NCBI RefSeq assembly: GCF_006345805.1
Contig: NC_043005.1
Span: 39,122,001 to 39,186,000, forward strand
Reading direction: 5' to 3'
DNA length: 64,000 nt
DNA from: Octopus sinensis
Lineage: Eukaryota
In this document: positions 13,680 through 26,600 of the stretch, piece after piece
How the letters are laid out: the number at the start of each line of letters is the position of its first letter
Numbering within the stretch: position 1 is the first letter of the stretch
The notes under the pieces: generated by a model
What the model was told of the DNA's origin: nothing
What the model saw: the letters and a program-made list of their open reading frames with translations, nothing else
Database searches by the model: none
Program-made: the position numbers and the translations under genes

Positions 13680-14390
13680 CGTATATATACATACATATGT
13701 GTGTGTATACACATATTCATATAGGTACATACATACATGTATGTGAGTATGTATGTGTATTCACAGACACCTTGCATAAATATCGTCTTGTTAAGTGCAC
13801 GCACCCTCACCAAATATAGTAAATGTTCTTCACAGTGACTTTCTTCTTGTTTCGTGATAACATCTCAATGTAAATTGTTTACACTATATATTTATAAATA
13901 ATGTTTAACTCAGCTTGAGAGTCTCTTATTTATTGTGAAAATAGCATAAAGTTTATATGTTTATAAACACGATAAAGTAGTATGACCAGCACTGTAGTAG
14001 ACCTTCCTGTGAACGATAACAAAGGAAACTCCCTCAGGAAACGTCGAATCAGATGACGGTGTGCTGATAGTAAATAACTCTGAGTAGAGACGAAAGGAAT
14101 TATGAATTGTGAGGGGGAGGAGGGGTAAACATGTATATATACTGTTTAGTGGAAACATAATCTATATTTTTCTGTATTCTTTTCAATCTTTAGACTGTTA
14201 GGATACATGATAAAAAATCGTTTACATAAACTACATATTTTCACTGTAAATAAATCAAACAAAGCATAAGTAATATGTTAATAAGTATTCAACGGAGCCT
14301 GTGATCATATATTCATACATACGTATTTGTATATTTGGTTGTCAACATTTACGCATATACACATTATGTATGTGTGTGTGTGTATGTATG

Positions 14391-14457
<67 letters not shown>

Positions 14458-14887
14458 AATTATGTTTATCTGGATAGAATTATTGTTGTGTTATTTTCGG
14501 TTTATTTCTAAACGTTGTAAGAAGTGCTTGTATATTTAACGATTTTGTAATTAATATTGTTTTCCGTAATTGTTATACTGAGACAAAAGAACACTTTAAA
14601 GATTATGAAAGGTATCGCTGTAACTGATAAAAAGTATTGCAACAACTTCTGTTGACTGTAAAGTTAAAATGATGTGATGTAGGACCCAAATTATAATGCT
14701 TTCATTTTAAATTCCCGACGATCATTTAGGAAGCAAAGATTTTGTAAGATTTTAACAAACTGAAAAAAAAAAAAACAAAAGTTTTACTGACTAATTTAAT
14801 GAATGTTTTCCTTCCAATAGTAGATGGCGTTGACATTCCTTATCGGCTACTGGGACCTTGGATGATCGTCACTGATTTTGAAATTTT

Positions 14888-15120
14888 CGGACTCATCCGG
14901 CCAGTTACCCGATTTCCATGGTATATAAGTGGCTGAGATCATGATATAGTCTGCGAACAGAGAACCAGTTACTCATTAAGCAGCTGAGTGGACGAGAGAA
15001 ACATGAAATGAAGTGGACTGGAGCAAAGTGAGGCTAAAGAACGCAGCGCACAAGCCCAGGACTCGGGACCCGACCATACGATCGTAAGTACAACGCCCTG
15101 GCCACTTGCCCTTGTGCCTT
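14888..15120 (-). mobile_element. SINE family A
   Basis: Reverse complement of head and CAGCTGAGTGGAC central motif. Confidence 0.65.
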
Positions 15121-15574
15121 CAAGTTAGACGTTCAATCAGAATACATTTAATTATCTAATTAACGTACAATGTATCATTGATAACGTTCAGTTGCAACTC
15201 CACTGTTGTGTTAAATGTTAACGCAGACCTTCACTCGATTACGCCGACACATTTCATTTCCTTACAAGGATGTCTGTTATCATGCACCTGTTTTCAAATA
15301 CTTTTATGTTATCAGTGGCTTGCTATCTCCATTAAGCCTTATTACCACGCGTTATGTATCCCCTTTCTCTGTGTATTTTCCGGTAAATGCAACAAAATAC
15401 ATAGAAGTGCAAAAATTGAAATACTTAAAATATTTGTAAGGTAAAGATGGATTATTGAATCAATGGAAGGAAATTGTCTCCGGCAGAACATAGGAACCTC
15501 ATCGCGGAAAACTCACTATCGCATAACGTTGATATCCACATGAGTTTAGATAATTTTGCATACAGTAAGTCTAG

Positions 15575-15830
15575 CGGAGACGTCTTGCCTAATTGTTAGA
15601 AAGCTGCACTCATGACAGTAAGATCGTAGTTTCGCTTCCCGGATCAGATAGTGTGTTGTGTTTCTTGAGCAAAACTCTTCACTTCACTTTTCTCTAGTCC
15701 AGTCAGCTGTAAATGAGCAAACCTGCAACAGGAATGTTCTCCTATTCGAGAGAAATGTGATCTTGCTCATTTGTACCCCCATCGAAATCGGGAGACCGCC
15801 CTATCATTCTTACGGCTCGAGACACGCATT
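15575..15830 (+). mobile_element. SINE family A
   Basis: A/B-box-like head, TGTGTTTCTTGAGCAAAAC...CCAGTCAGCTGTAAATGAG. Confidence 0.65.
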
Positions 15831-16361
15831 GTTGTTAATGACAATGACGATGTAAAGCTAGGATTTTTAAAGTAACAGAGAAAGCGACATATATCACAGT
15901 TGCAATTTTCATGCTGGTATTAAGGTCATTGTCATGTGCAACATGAATTACGATTTAGCTTTTTTTGGTGATTGCAACTTTATCTGATGGTAACATAATG
16001 TAACCAGGTTATATCGTATTCTGTGATGCAAACTACAGCAGTAAAAGCACATGCCTAGATGTATTTCAACGTACGTCTGAAAACTTATTTGAAAGCATTT
16101 ACATGGTCGTTCAAATTGCTAGAAAAAGCAGCGGAATTCTTTTAAATTATGGGTAGGAGATATTATGCCGCAGCAAAAACTGGCGTTACAAATTTGATGT
16201 TGATTTATTTGAAATAGAGACATTTTAGTGCTTCTCTCATTCTCACCTTTTCTCTATTTTCTCTCTCTCTCCCTTTTTCCTTCTTTTTTTTGTGTGTGAA
16301 CATCTAGTTGTCTTTGTATGTATAGGTAATGTTTCTTTCTCCCTCTCCCTCTCTCTCCATC

Positions 16362-16434
<73 letters not shown>

Positions 16435-16439
16435 TATAA

Positions 16440-16580
16440 TTAAGGGTATCTAAGAGATACCACCAAGCTCGATATAGCAGCCAAAACTTGACTCTAAAAC
16501 CATATGAACATTTAATGTGGTTTTAGAGTCAAGTTTTGGCTGCCATATCGAGCATGGTGGTATCTCTTAGATACCCTTAA
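16440..16580. mobile_element. Hairpin/MITE-like element: 66-bp inverted arms, 9-nt loop, TTAA at both ends
   Basis: TTAA-GGGTATCTAAGAGATACCACC...GGTGGTATCTCTTAGATACCC-TTAA; three mismatches between arms. Confidence 0.6.
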
Positions 16581-17339
16581 TAATAATTTTGATAATAATT
16601 ATTATCTTTGAGGTTGTTATTCCCATGCTGGCCACTTGATAAGATCGGTATTTTAAATAACGATCTTACCCTTATTTATATAAATTTATAAATATATATA
16701 TATCATTGCGTGCAGGTATGCCATTGCATGTGTGTGAATATCTGAGCGCTTGTCGTGCGTTTCTACATGCGCACGTGTGTATCTCTGTCTCCAGTGCCAA
16801 ACAGTACTGTCGACAAAACAGGCTGAATATCCAGTCAGCCGTGGCAAATCGGTAGCGTCCAGTCATGCTCAGACGTCCTAATCTGTGAAAATATGGTTTC
16901 TCGTCTTGAAGGGAGAGAGGGGAGAGAGAGAAAGAGAGAAAGAGAGGAAGAAAGAAAAAGAAACAGTGGGAAAAGAATAAGACATTGGCAATTATACTCT
17001 AGTTATCAGTAACTGAGATAAGGATTAAATGATTAGTCGCCAAGTTATGCGCTCACTCGGAATTAAACTACAGCAAAATCAACCCCATCTCTTTATTCTG
17101 GTTCTGCGCAATAATATAAAGCTACGTATTCACTCATGTATACGTCACATCTGTGCATAAGTGACATTCCCTTCACACTTTTTGATTTGCCCCGTAGTTT
17201 TTTCCAGTTGAGATAAAGTATGCAATAGTGTGATTTATACACGAGTAAATATGGTATTTTCAATTTATACTTATAGTATGCACACATATACTTTCACACA
17301 CACACACAGACATACAGTGTGTGTGCGCGTGTGTGTATT

Positions 17340-17525
17340 TGTGTATGTGTTTGTACCCCACCACTTGACAACTGGTGTTGGTGTGCTTACATCTCCGTAA
17401 ACCAGCGGTTCGCCAAAAGACGCGATAGAATAAGTACCATGCTTTAAAAAAGGATGACTGGTGTCGAGTCGCTAGACTAAAACTCTTCAAAGTATTACCC
17501 AGCATAACTGCAGAGTAGTGACTGA
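17340..17525 (+). mobile_element. SINE family B, 3' half
   Basis: CACTTGACAACTGGTGTTGGTGTG...GATAGAATAAGTACC matches 3535-3620. Confidence 0.7.
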
Positions 17526-17542
17526 ATCAAGTAAAAGATATA

Positions 17543-17587
<45 letters not shown>

Positions 17588-17647
17588 ATATATATTATAT
17601 ATATATATATAATATATATATATATATCTGTATATATATATATATAT

Positions 17648-18331
17648 ACGCAGAATGTGTTCCTGGATTCTCAGAACCTTCCAGTCGAGAGATTCCCACG
17701 CTATTATCCTTCTCTTCTCCACTTTTCCCCGACCCCACCTTGAATACTGCTGTCCACTGTGGTCTCCCTACACAAAACAAAATATTATGAGAATTGAAGC
17801 TCCCCAAAGGTCAATCACAAAAAAGATAGATGGCATGTCAGACCTTGACTACTGGGGTAGACTAGAGAAGCTGAAATTGTATTCACTCCAACGACGCCGT
17901 GAACGCTACATTATCTGTATGATGTGGAAAATATTCCACCAGCACTGTCCGAATGATGTTGGCATCACCTTCAAAATGCATCCAAGGCTTGGACCACGTG
18001 CCATCCGTCCACAACAAAAATCTAAATCGCATCACATAACGACAATACGGCACAACTATTTCACCTCAATTGGACCTGCTCACTTCAACATTACACCAGG
18101 GCACGTCAAAAAGAAAATGACCACACAAAATTCAAGAAGTCTTGGACAAATTCCTTCAAACAGTACCGGACAAACCACCCACACCCGGATATGTCTCCGC
18201 AAACAATAACTCTCTGCTCGAATGGGCCTTGGTGCCCAAATCCTGAACTGAAAGACTTCGCCAGGTGGTGCTATTAAGTTAGACATGGCCTGGGCCAATA
18301 CTGGCCAAAACCTTTCTAAGTTATTCTAAGT

Positions 18332-18333
<2 letters not shown>
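17648..18333 (+). mobile_element. 5'-truncated CR1/L2-group LINE 3' end (RT C-terminal region), left arm of inverted pair
   Basis: ORF 17655-18209: [13 protein letters not shown]...[12 protein letters not shown]...LDYWGRLEKLKLYSLQRRRERY; ends CTAAGTTATTCTAAGTTA then (TA)n. Confidence 0.85.
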
Positions 18334-18372
<39 letters not shown>

Positions 18373-18376
18373 ATAC

Positions 18377-18427
<51 letters not shown>

Positions 18428-18467
18428 TACATATATATAATATATATACATATACAATATATATATA

Positions 18468-18643
18468 CTAGCAATAAAGGGTTAGCAACGAATTGCCTTA
18501 CCACATACCGAATTTAGAAATAGCAGTCAAAGAGTTATAGCTATTTCTTCTACTAGTAGAAGAAATAGCTATAACTCTTTGACTGCTATTTCTAAATTCG
18601 GTATGTGGTAAGGCAATTCGTTGCTAAACCCTTTATTGCTTAG
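18468..18643. repeat. Spacer-less palindrome, ~87-bp arms centred on ACTAGT (18552-18557)
   Basis: Arms are exact reverse complements except two single-base homopolymer-type indels at the outer end. Confidence 0.95.
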
Positions 18644-18749
18644 TATTACTTAAATTTTCCTCGAATGAGGCTTTTACATGCCGAAGACTACTTGGTGTAA
18701 TTGATAATTATTCCAATTAATTAATTTCACCCTTCATTATTACGGATAA

Positions 18750-18836
<87 letters not shown>

Positions 18837-18851
18837 CATATATATATATAC

Positions 18852-18882
<31 letters not shown>

Positions 18883-18884
18883 CA

Positions 18885-19770
18885 TAACTTAGAATAACTT
18901 AGAAAGGTTTTGGCCAGTATTGGCCCAGGCCATGTCTAACTTAATAGCACCACCTGGCGAAGTCTTTCTGTTCAGGATTTGGGCACCAAGGCCCATTCGA
19001 GCAGAGAGTTATTGTTTGCGGAGACATATCCGGGTGTGGGTGGTTTGTCCGGTACTGTTTGAAGGAATTTGTCCAAAGACTTCTTGAATTTTGTGTGGTC
19101 AGTATCTTTTTTGACGTATCCTGGTGTAATGTTGAAGAGAGCGGGTCCAATTGAGGTGAAATAGTTGTGCCGTATTGTCGTTATGTGATGCGATTTAGAT
19201 TTCTGTTGTGGACGGATGGCACGTGGTCCAAGCCTTGGATGCATTTTGAAGGTGATGCCAACATCATTCGGACAGTGCTGGTGGAATATTTTCCACTTCA
19301 TACAGATAATGTAGCGTTCACGGCGTCGTTGGAGTGAATACAATTTCAGCTTCTCTAGTCTACCCCAGTAGTCAAGGTCTGACATGCCATCTATCTTTTT
19401 TGTGATTGACCTTTGGGGAGCTTCAATTCTCATAATATTTTGTTTTGTGTAGGGAGACCACAGTGGACAGCAGTATTCAAGGTGGGGTCGGGCAAAAGTG
19501 GAGAAGAGAAGGATAATAGCGTGGGAATCTCTCGACTGGAAGGTTCTGAGAATCAGGAACACATTCTGCGGGCCATGTCAACTTTGCTGCTTATATGTGT
19601 AGCCCAGCTTATGTTGTTGTCCACTGTTACTCCCAAGTCTCTGATGTTGTTGGATGCCATGAGAATTTCTCCAGAAGGAAGAGAGTATGGGAGTTTCAGA
19701 GCGTCCTGCCTTCCAAAGTGGATCAGTTCGAACTTGTCTTCATTTAGTAACATGTTATTCTTTTCCGCCA
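18885..19770 (-). mobile_element. 5'-truncated CR1/L2-group LINE 3' end, right arm of inverted pair (about 200 bp longer)
   Basis: ORFs 19553-19984 (WAEKNNM-like [16 protein letters not shown]...[18 protein letters not shown]) and 18972-19562 (...FKKSLDKFLQTVPDKP...NNSLLEW); near-identical to 17648-18333. Confidence 0.85.
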
Positions 19771-19977
<207 letters not shown>

Positions 19978-20877
19978 CAAGCATTCGAACTACCGTACAG
20001 ACGAATCATTATTTCACTATAGATATTCATAGACAAATATCTATCTATAAATGTTCTAAAATTATCACTTCACCAATGTAGCAGTTCTATAAACACCAAT
20101 GATTCCATCGTGATAATACTTAAAAAAAAAAAGACGAAAAAAGAACAGAATATCATAAATGACGCACGTCATTTTATGACCAGTCGTAAAACGATATAAG
20201 CATTAATTTAAGAAATCTATCTGAGAACACGAGGTTTCTGTGATATCATTTCATCCGCAAGATAAATATATTTTCACTTTGTGTTGCTTTTCATTTTTTT
20301 CAAATACAACTTCTTATCTCCATTTACCTTTACTGTCGCTGTTATTATTTTAGTTTCTCGTATTACTTTTTTCCTCCTCTGTTCCAGAATTTCTTTTTAT
20401 TTTTGTTTTATCATTGGTTGATCAATTATTCTCGATCTATTCTTCAGTTGTAGGTACCATGTACTAAGGTCTGTTTACAACCGTGATGGATATGATGTTA
20501 TTGCACTGTTCATCTCACATATATAAAAATATCCGTGTGTATACGTGTAGGAGAATGTACATTTATGGGTGTTTTAGTTCTGTATGAATGTATATTGCGG
20601 AATACACGTCAGTGGCTTTAACTTTTGAGCTGCGTCTGTACTTGAGTCTTTGTGTCTATTAGTCTGGCACACGTCTTATTTATATTCTTCATAGATACGT
20701 TAATCGGTGATTACGTTGGTAACAATGTGGTATACATACATACATAAATGTGTGTGTGTGGATGTAACTTGAATTATACGAGTGTGTGTCCATAAAATAT
20801 GATAGACTAGGAACATAACATCTATAGTTATATCACTAACATATAACTATAACTATATACATGTGTTTTATATATAT

Positions 20878-20921
<44 letters not shown>

Positions 20922-20934
20922 TATAGATATATAT

Positions 20935-21082
20935 ATAACACCAAGCTTAATAACACCAACACATGTACCACCGGCAACACACGCAGAAGCAGTAACACTA
21001 CTGACGCAACCACAACTTCCAGTGGGACAACCACTAACAATCCCAGCGCCAGCACCACCAGAATCAACAACATCGCCGTCAC

Positions 21083-21114
<32 letters not shown>

Positions 21115-21132
21115 GCAGCAACAGCAGCAACA

Positions 21133-21229
<97 letters not shown>

Positions 21230-21240
21230 CAACATCAGCA
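20935..21240. repeat. Compound (ACA)/(GCA)n/(GTA)n trinucleotide array
   Basis: Direct inspection; source of poly-Ala/Val/Leu ORFs. Confidence 0.9.
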
Positions 21241-21259
21241 ATAGTAGGAATGACAACGA

Positions 21260-21910
21260 CTTCGCGCATCGAAAGAAATACATCGGAAGCGCAGGAACTT
21301 CCTTCAAGAAACGTCTCTCCAGTCATAGATTCTCCTTCATGGTCCTGGAAATGAGACACGTCACATCGCTGGCTAGCTATACCTGGCAAGTGAAGGCAGA
21401 CAACATTCCATACTCGATATCATGAAAAATCCGACACCGTCCGAACCCGTATGTAAATGGAACGAAACGCTGCAAGCTATGCGTAGCCGAACGCGTGGAA
21501 ATCCTGAAAAACTCGCACGTACCAGGGGACATACTGAACTCCAGAACGGAGATTTGCGGGAAATTGCTATTAGCGTTTTGGGGAACTGCATAATAACGAT
21601 AATAATGAAAATAGCGGTATCACTGATAATATTTACACCACGGCTGGAAATTGTTTGTTGATATGTGTGGGAGATAACCCCCTACCTTCTACCCTCACAA
21701 CCGACAGGTGGCGTAGCTGAAAGAGGACGAAATAGCCGGAAGCCGATGACCAGCTGATGGCCATCAGAAGAGGAAGATAACCCCTATTGTTTAATTCTGG
21801 TTGGTTTTCCCCTTCCATACTTTAAAGAGGCCATAGGCCAACAAGATTTAGGGTCTGATGATACACCATAAAGATATTCTTTATGGCGAGAACCCAGGGT
21901 GACACTATAA
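21260..21910 (+). mobile_element. Penelope-like (Neptune-type) 3' fragment: GIY-YIG remnant ~21260-21575 plus 3' region with degenerate hammerhead ~21862-21905
   Basis: Translation KKYIGSAGTSFKKRLSSHRFSF...TSLASYTWQVK...YSIS*KI...PYVNGTKRCKLCVAERVEIL...ILNSRTEI; downstream GGGT-CTGATGA-TACA-CCATAAAGA-TAT-TCTTTATGG-C-GAGAA-CCCAGGGT-G-ACAC. Confidence 0.75.
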
Positions 21911-22442
21911 ACAGGCCGTCACCAGAAATTTATATAGACTTCTCCACTTCTTAGAGTGTACATCATTTTTATGTTTTTCTATATATAAGTACATATGTAT
22001 TCACATACATATATACATATATATGTATAAGGTATTTCATTACATTCGAATTACAAATGAATCGTGACAGCCGGCCAAAGACGTGGGTCAATGCAAATCA
22101 TGATAAAATTGTACTGAGCGAAATACTCCGCGAGTTGTAACGAATAATGTTTAATCTGAACACTTTGTAATGTCTAGCATTGCTCTGGATATCGAACCCA
22201 GCACCGAGATCCCATTTCAGAGTGGCTTCTAACTCATACATAACATTTGAAGTACTACTGTCACTGGTGGCATTCGAGGGTATGTTTCGTAGCATATACC
22301 AGATGTGAAATTTCTTTTGGTCTAATCGCATCTTTTTGCAAGTATACAGAGATATACATTTAGTGAGTCTAAATATGGCACAGGGAAAGATCTGTAATAT
22401 GAACCCTAAGACGAGATAGGACTGAGCATGCAATACGATGTT

Positions 22443-22501
<59 letters not shown>

Positions 22502-22541
22502 AGGGAGAGAGAGAGAGAGAGAGAGAGGGAGAGACATATAT

Positions 22542-23437
22542 ATAATGGGTAGGTGGGAAATAACTAGGCATTTGATATTGCTTAGAGAATTTTAGTATCA
22601 CTGAAGTCATGAAGAAAACATTTTTTAAACAGACAATTTTTTTATTGTCTTATTTCTTACTTCTTATTTTCCAGATGGCCGGTCCCTTGACTATTCAGGA
22701 GCGAGCTAAGATAGCAGCACGATAAGGAATTCCATTTTGGAATTCCGTTGTTTTGGTGCAGAGATGGTGGCGTGCATGGAAAGGTGAGCATGCAACACTA
22801 CATCCGGAGACAATAAAATGTTGCATGCAAAGCTGATGACCACGTACTCTGTGCACAATGCAAGAAGAAATGGCCGTCCAACCACATCCCGATCAGCGGA
22901 GAACGTGACAACAGTACAGGAAATGTTTAATTGCACCCCGCAAAAATCAACACGTCAAGGAACTCGTGAAAGTGGACTTACAAGATAAGGAATATGTACG
23001 ATGTTGCATATTAGAATTGAATTTTCATCTGTGGAAACCCCATTACGTGCAGGAGCTAAAACTTGAAGACTGTGACCGCAGAAGTCCAGAAATCCAGAAC
23101 TCCAAGAATTCCAGATCTCACTTCATGTGATTTTCTCCTGTGGGGTTACACAAAAGAGATGTACAAGGCAAAATCTTGCACACTGATGGACTTGGGGACA
23201 CGGATTCAGGAGCTTCTCAATGATATCCCAGACAACGTCCTTTAGAAGGTTGTTCATACCATTCCTGACGTTTGAGGAAACTGGTTGATGCCACCGGTTC
23301 TTGCTTTGGAATATGAAGATTCTTTTCATTATCCCATGTAATATAGAACATGTGTCATTTGTTTCAATGAATTTGCAAAAGGAATATGGATTTTATTACC
23401 AATTTTTAATACCTATTTCCTTTTCACCCACCCTGTA
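22542..23437 (+). mobile_element. Decayed Tc1/mariner-superfamily transposon with internal deletion
   Basis: LTIQERAKIAAR...VVLVQRWWR...RRNGRPTTSRSAENV...PQKSTRQ and PRIPDLTSCDFLLWGYTKE; right end CACCCACCCTG-TA. Confidence 0.8.
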
Positions 23438-23438
23438 G

Positions 23439-23509
<71 letters not shown>

Positions 23510-23511
<2 letters not shown>

Positions 23512-23610
23512 GGTGTGTGATAAAGAGTTTGCTTCCCAACCACATGGGTCCGGGTTCAGTCCCACTGTGTGACACCGTGGGCAAGTGTCTTCTACAATAG
23601 CCTCGGGCAG
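23510..23610 (+). mobile_element. SINE family B head
   Basis: TTGCTTCCCAACCACATGGGTCCGGGTTCAGTCCCACTG...GGGCAAGTGTCTTCTAC. Confidence 0.75.
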
Positions 23611-23636
23611 ACGAATATATATATATAGATATAGAT

Positions 23637-23699
<63 letters not shown>

Positions 23700-24009
23700 T
23701 CACCATGTGCGTGTGTTTTGAATGTGTGTATATGAAGAGAGTCATACTTTATTCAGTTACACACACAAACACACGAATTACTTTTTTACTTCCGTATAGT
23801 CTGTGAGTACGCATGCGTATGAATTATGTAGTATTTTAGGTGTACCATCAACTAAATAGACAATTATGTGCAAGATACCAAGCAAACTACAGTATGTAAC
23901 AGAACGCAGACAGCAATTCTTACAACCACAACAGCGTCATCAACACCATCACTAACAACAACTACATCAACAAAAACATCCATGACAATAACAACTGGCA
24001 ACCATAGCA

Positions 24010-24247
24010 ACATGATGAGGATGATGATGGTGATGATCATGATGATCATGATGATGATGGTGGTGATGATGATGATAATGATGATGATGATGATGACGAC
24101 GACGACGATGATGATGACGATCATGACGATGATGATGACGATGATGATGGTGATGATGACGATGATGATGACGATGATGATGATGATGATGATGATGATT
24201 ATGATGGTGATGATGATGATGATGACGATGATGATGACGATGATGAC

Positions 24248-24303
<56 letters not shown>
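24010..24303. repeat. (GAT)n/(GAC)n array
   Basis: Direct inspection; source of poly-Met/poly-His ORFs. Confidence 0.95.
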
Positions 24304-24305
<2 letters not shown>

Positions 24306-25386
24306 AATCAACAAAGTAAGAGTAGATTTAAATGCTGAAATGATACGACGCCAACAACAGCACGTCACTTACTTTCAACACCAGAACAAATGCTTGGGCA
24401 GACGCCACCACTGACATCAACAACGCGCAGGATAACTTCACCAACAACAAAAGCATCCACAATAACAACAACAACAATATGAGAATCACGAAGACAAAAA
24501 TGATTGAACATCAGTTCCTCTTTGTTTTATTGACTTTTAAACCTAGTGCACATCTGCTGAAACATAAAACCTCGCCATTTTATCGCAGTGGTTTTCAATG
24601 AGACATATCGACCGGAAACTGGTTTTGTTATCTGCCTTGGAACACGTGATACTAAAAGTAAGTGGAAGGTATATATAGCAAGGATCGCGGTAGAATTTTC
24701 ATTGTTTCTTAAGTTCCTCCAGAGAAAAACAAATAGGAAGAAAGAAAGAAAAAGAAAGACAGACAAAGAGAAAGAGTGCGAGAGAGTGTGTGTGTTTAAT
24801 GTAACAAGAGAAGGTTGCGAAGAGAGATATTATATGGAGAAATTTTCTGTAGATAAGGAAGAAGAAAAATTTAGTCTCCGAAAAAAATGTTCGAAAAATT
24901 TACAGAATTAGTGAGAGGTGTGTGCATGTGTGTGTATGGTGTGTGTGTACGTGTACGTGCGCGCATGAAAATGGGAGAAAGAAAGTAAGATATATAAATA
25001 TATATATATATATATAAAGGGAGAGAGAGATGTAAAGAGAGAGAGAGTGGTAAAGAGTGTCAAGAAGTAAATTAAAAAGAATGGAAGTTTATAGCAAAGG
25101 GGAAGGATTGTAGAGGAGGGATGGAAACAAATAAATGGGCATCGTGAAATAAGTTTTACCTAACATAATGAGATGCACATGACACAATACATCGACAATT
25201 ATATTTCTGTATGCGTATATTCATACACACGCATGAGCACACGGGGGAGGGAGAAAATAGCACTCGTATATCAAAGGCAATTGAAGCTAGAAAGTTTTCA
25301 CGAAGTGTTATTGGGAGCTTCCCGAAATCGAACATCATACAGTCGAGAGTATTTTACACACTATGACGGTTTATACATTATCATAA

Positions 25387-25439
<53 letters not shown>

Positions 25440-25586
25440 CGTTTTTGGATTTGGTTTGCAAGATTCTTTATGTGAGTTCATGTGTTGAAGCATATTCTGT
25501 TGTCTGGGGAGAGTCATTTTCTTTTTGTGTCTTATAATTTAACACACTCACCGGTAAAATTTCCACTTGTTTCTTATTTTTATTTT

Positions 25587-25621
<35 letters not shown>

Positions 25622-26272
25622 ATTATGTTGTGTTATATTGTTGTATTATATCATATTTTATATATAAACGTATATATATTCATCTATTTATTCATATATA
25701 CATGTACATATTGAAACATATTCTTACAATATCATGAATAATTTTATGGTTTTAATTAAAATTCTGAATCCGTGCTTCTTTTCTGATGAAGAAAACGTGG
25801 ATTACTGAATTTGAAAAGGATTAACCTATGCATTTCTTCGCACATTTTCGGAAACAGCCTTAAGTTTCTTTCGTATTTATTGGATTCGTTTGAGGAAAAT
25901 CTTTTGGATTATAGTGAACTGTCATCTAATGAACCTGAGACTTTTTGATTTGTCTATATGTACTTATGCAATTCTTCATCCGACTTTGATTTGGGCACGA
26001 AATTACACTATAATATGCATATATGTTTTTATATGTTAGATTTCGGATATTTATAATGGCTTATATATACCCCTCTGTGTTTAGATATATGTTGGCTTTA
26101 ATGAGGGGTATTATCGACATTGACATCTATCTCTTTCTAATTAATACTTTAGTCTAATCGCTCAATAAATTGATCCCTACAGTGTTCTTTCTTGAAAATA
26201 GTTTACCTCTTTGATTTTTCATTACCTATATATATGTGTGTGTGTATATTATATTATATTTTAAACATAATA

Positions 26273-26354
<82 letters not shown>

Positions 26355-26387
26355 TAGACAGACAGACAGACAGAAAAAGAGAGACAG

Positions 26388-26600
26388 CGGCGCATGGCTC
26401 ACTGGTCAGGTTGTTAGATTCATGATTATCAGACTGTTTTCTGATTCCTGGACCGGGTGATGTGTTTGCGTTGTTTTCTTGAGCATAACACTTTTCATTT
26501 CAAGTTGCTCCAGTTCATTTGGCCTGTAAAGCTGAATAATTTTGCGACGGACCTGCGCCTCGACCAAAGAACCAAGAAACCGACCCTATGCTCCTTAGAG
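26388..26600 (+). mobile_element. SINE family A
   Basis: GGCGCATGGCTCACTGGTCAGG head; TTCTTGAGCATAACACTT...GTTGCTCCAG. Confidence 0.65.

Noticed and set aside
14821-14890. Acceptor followed by DGVDIPYRLLGPWMIVTDFEIFG
   Set aside because: No convincing donor before the adjacent SINE.
22098-22440. ~110-codon non-repetitive open frame on minus strand (KKMRLDQKKFHIW...)
   Set aside because: No recognisable motif or donor site; about one such frame is plausible by chance in this much sequence.
24589-24657. 69-nt plus-strand exon candidate (CAG ... AAA/GTAAGT)
   Set aside because: Two frames open, no homology recognised; GTAAGT is common in AT-rich DNA.
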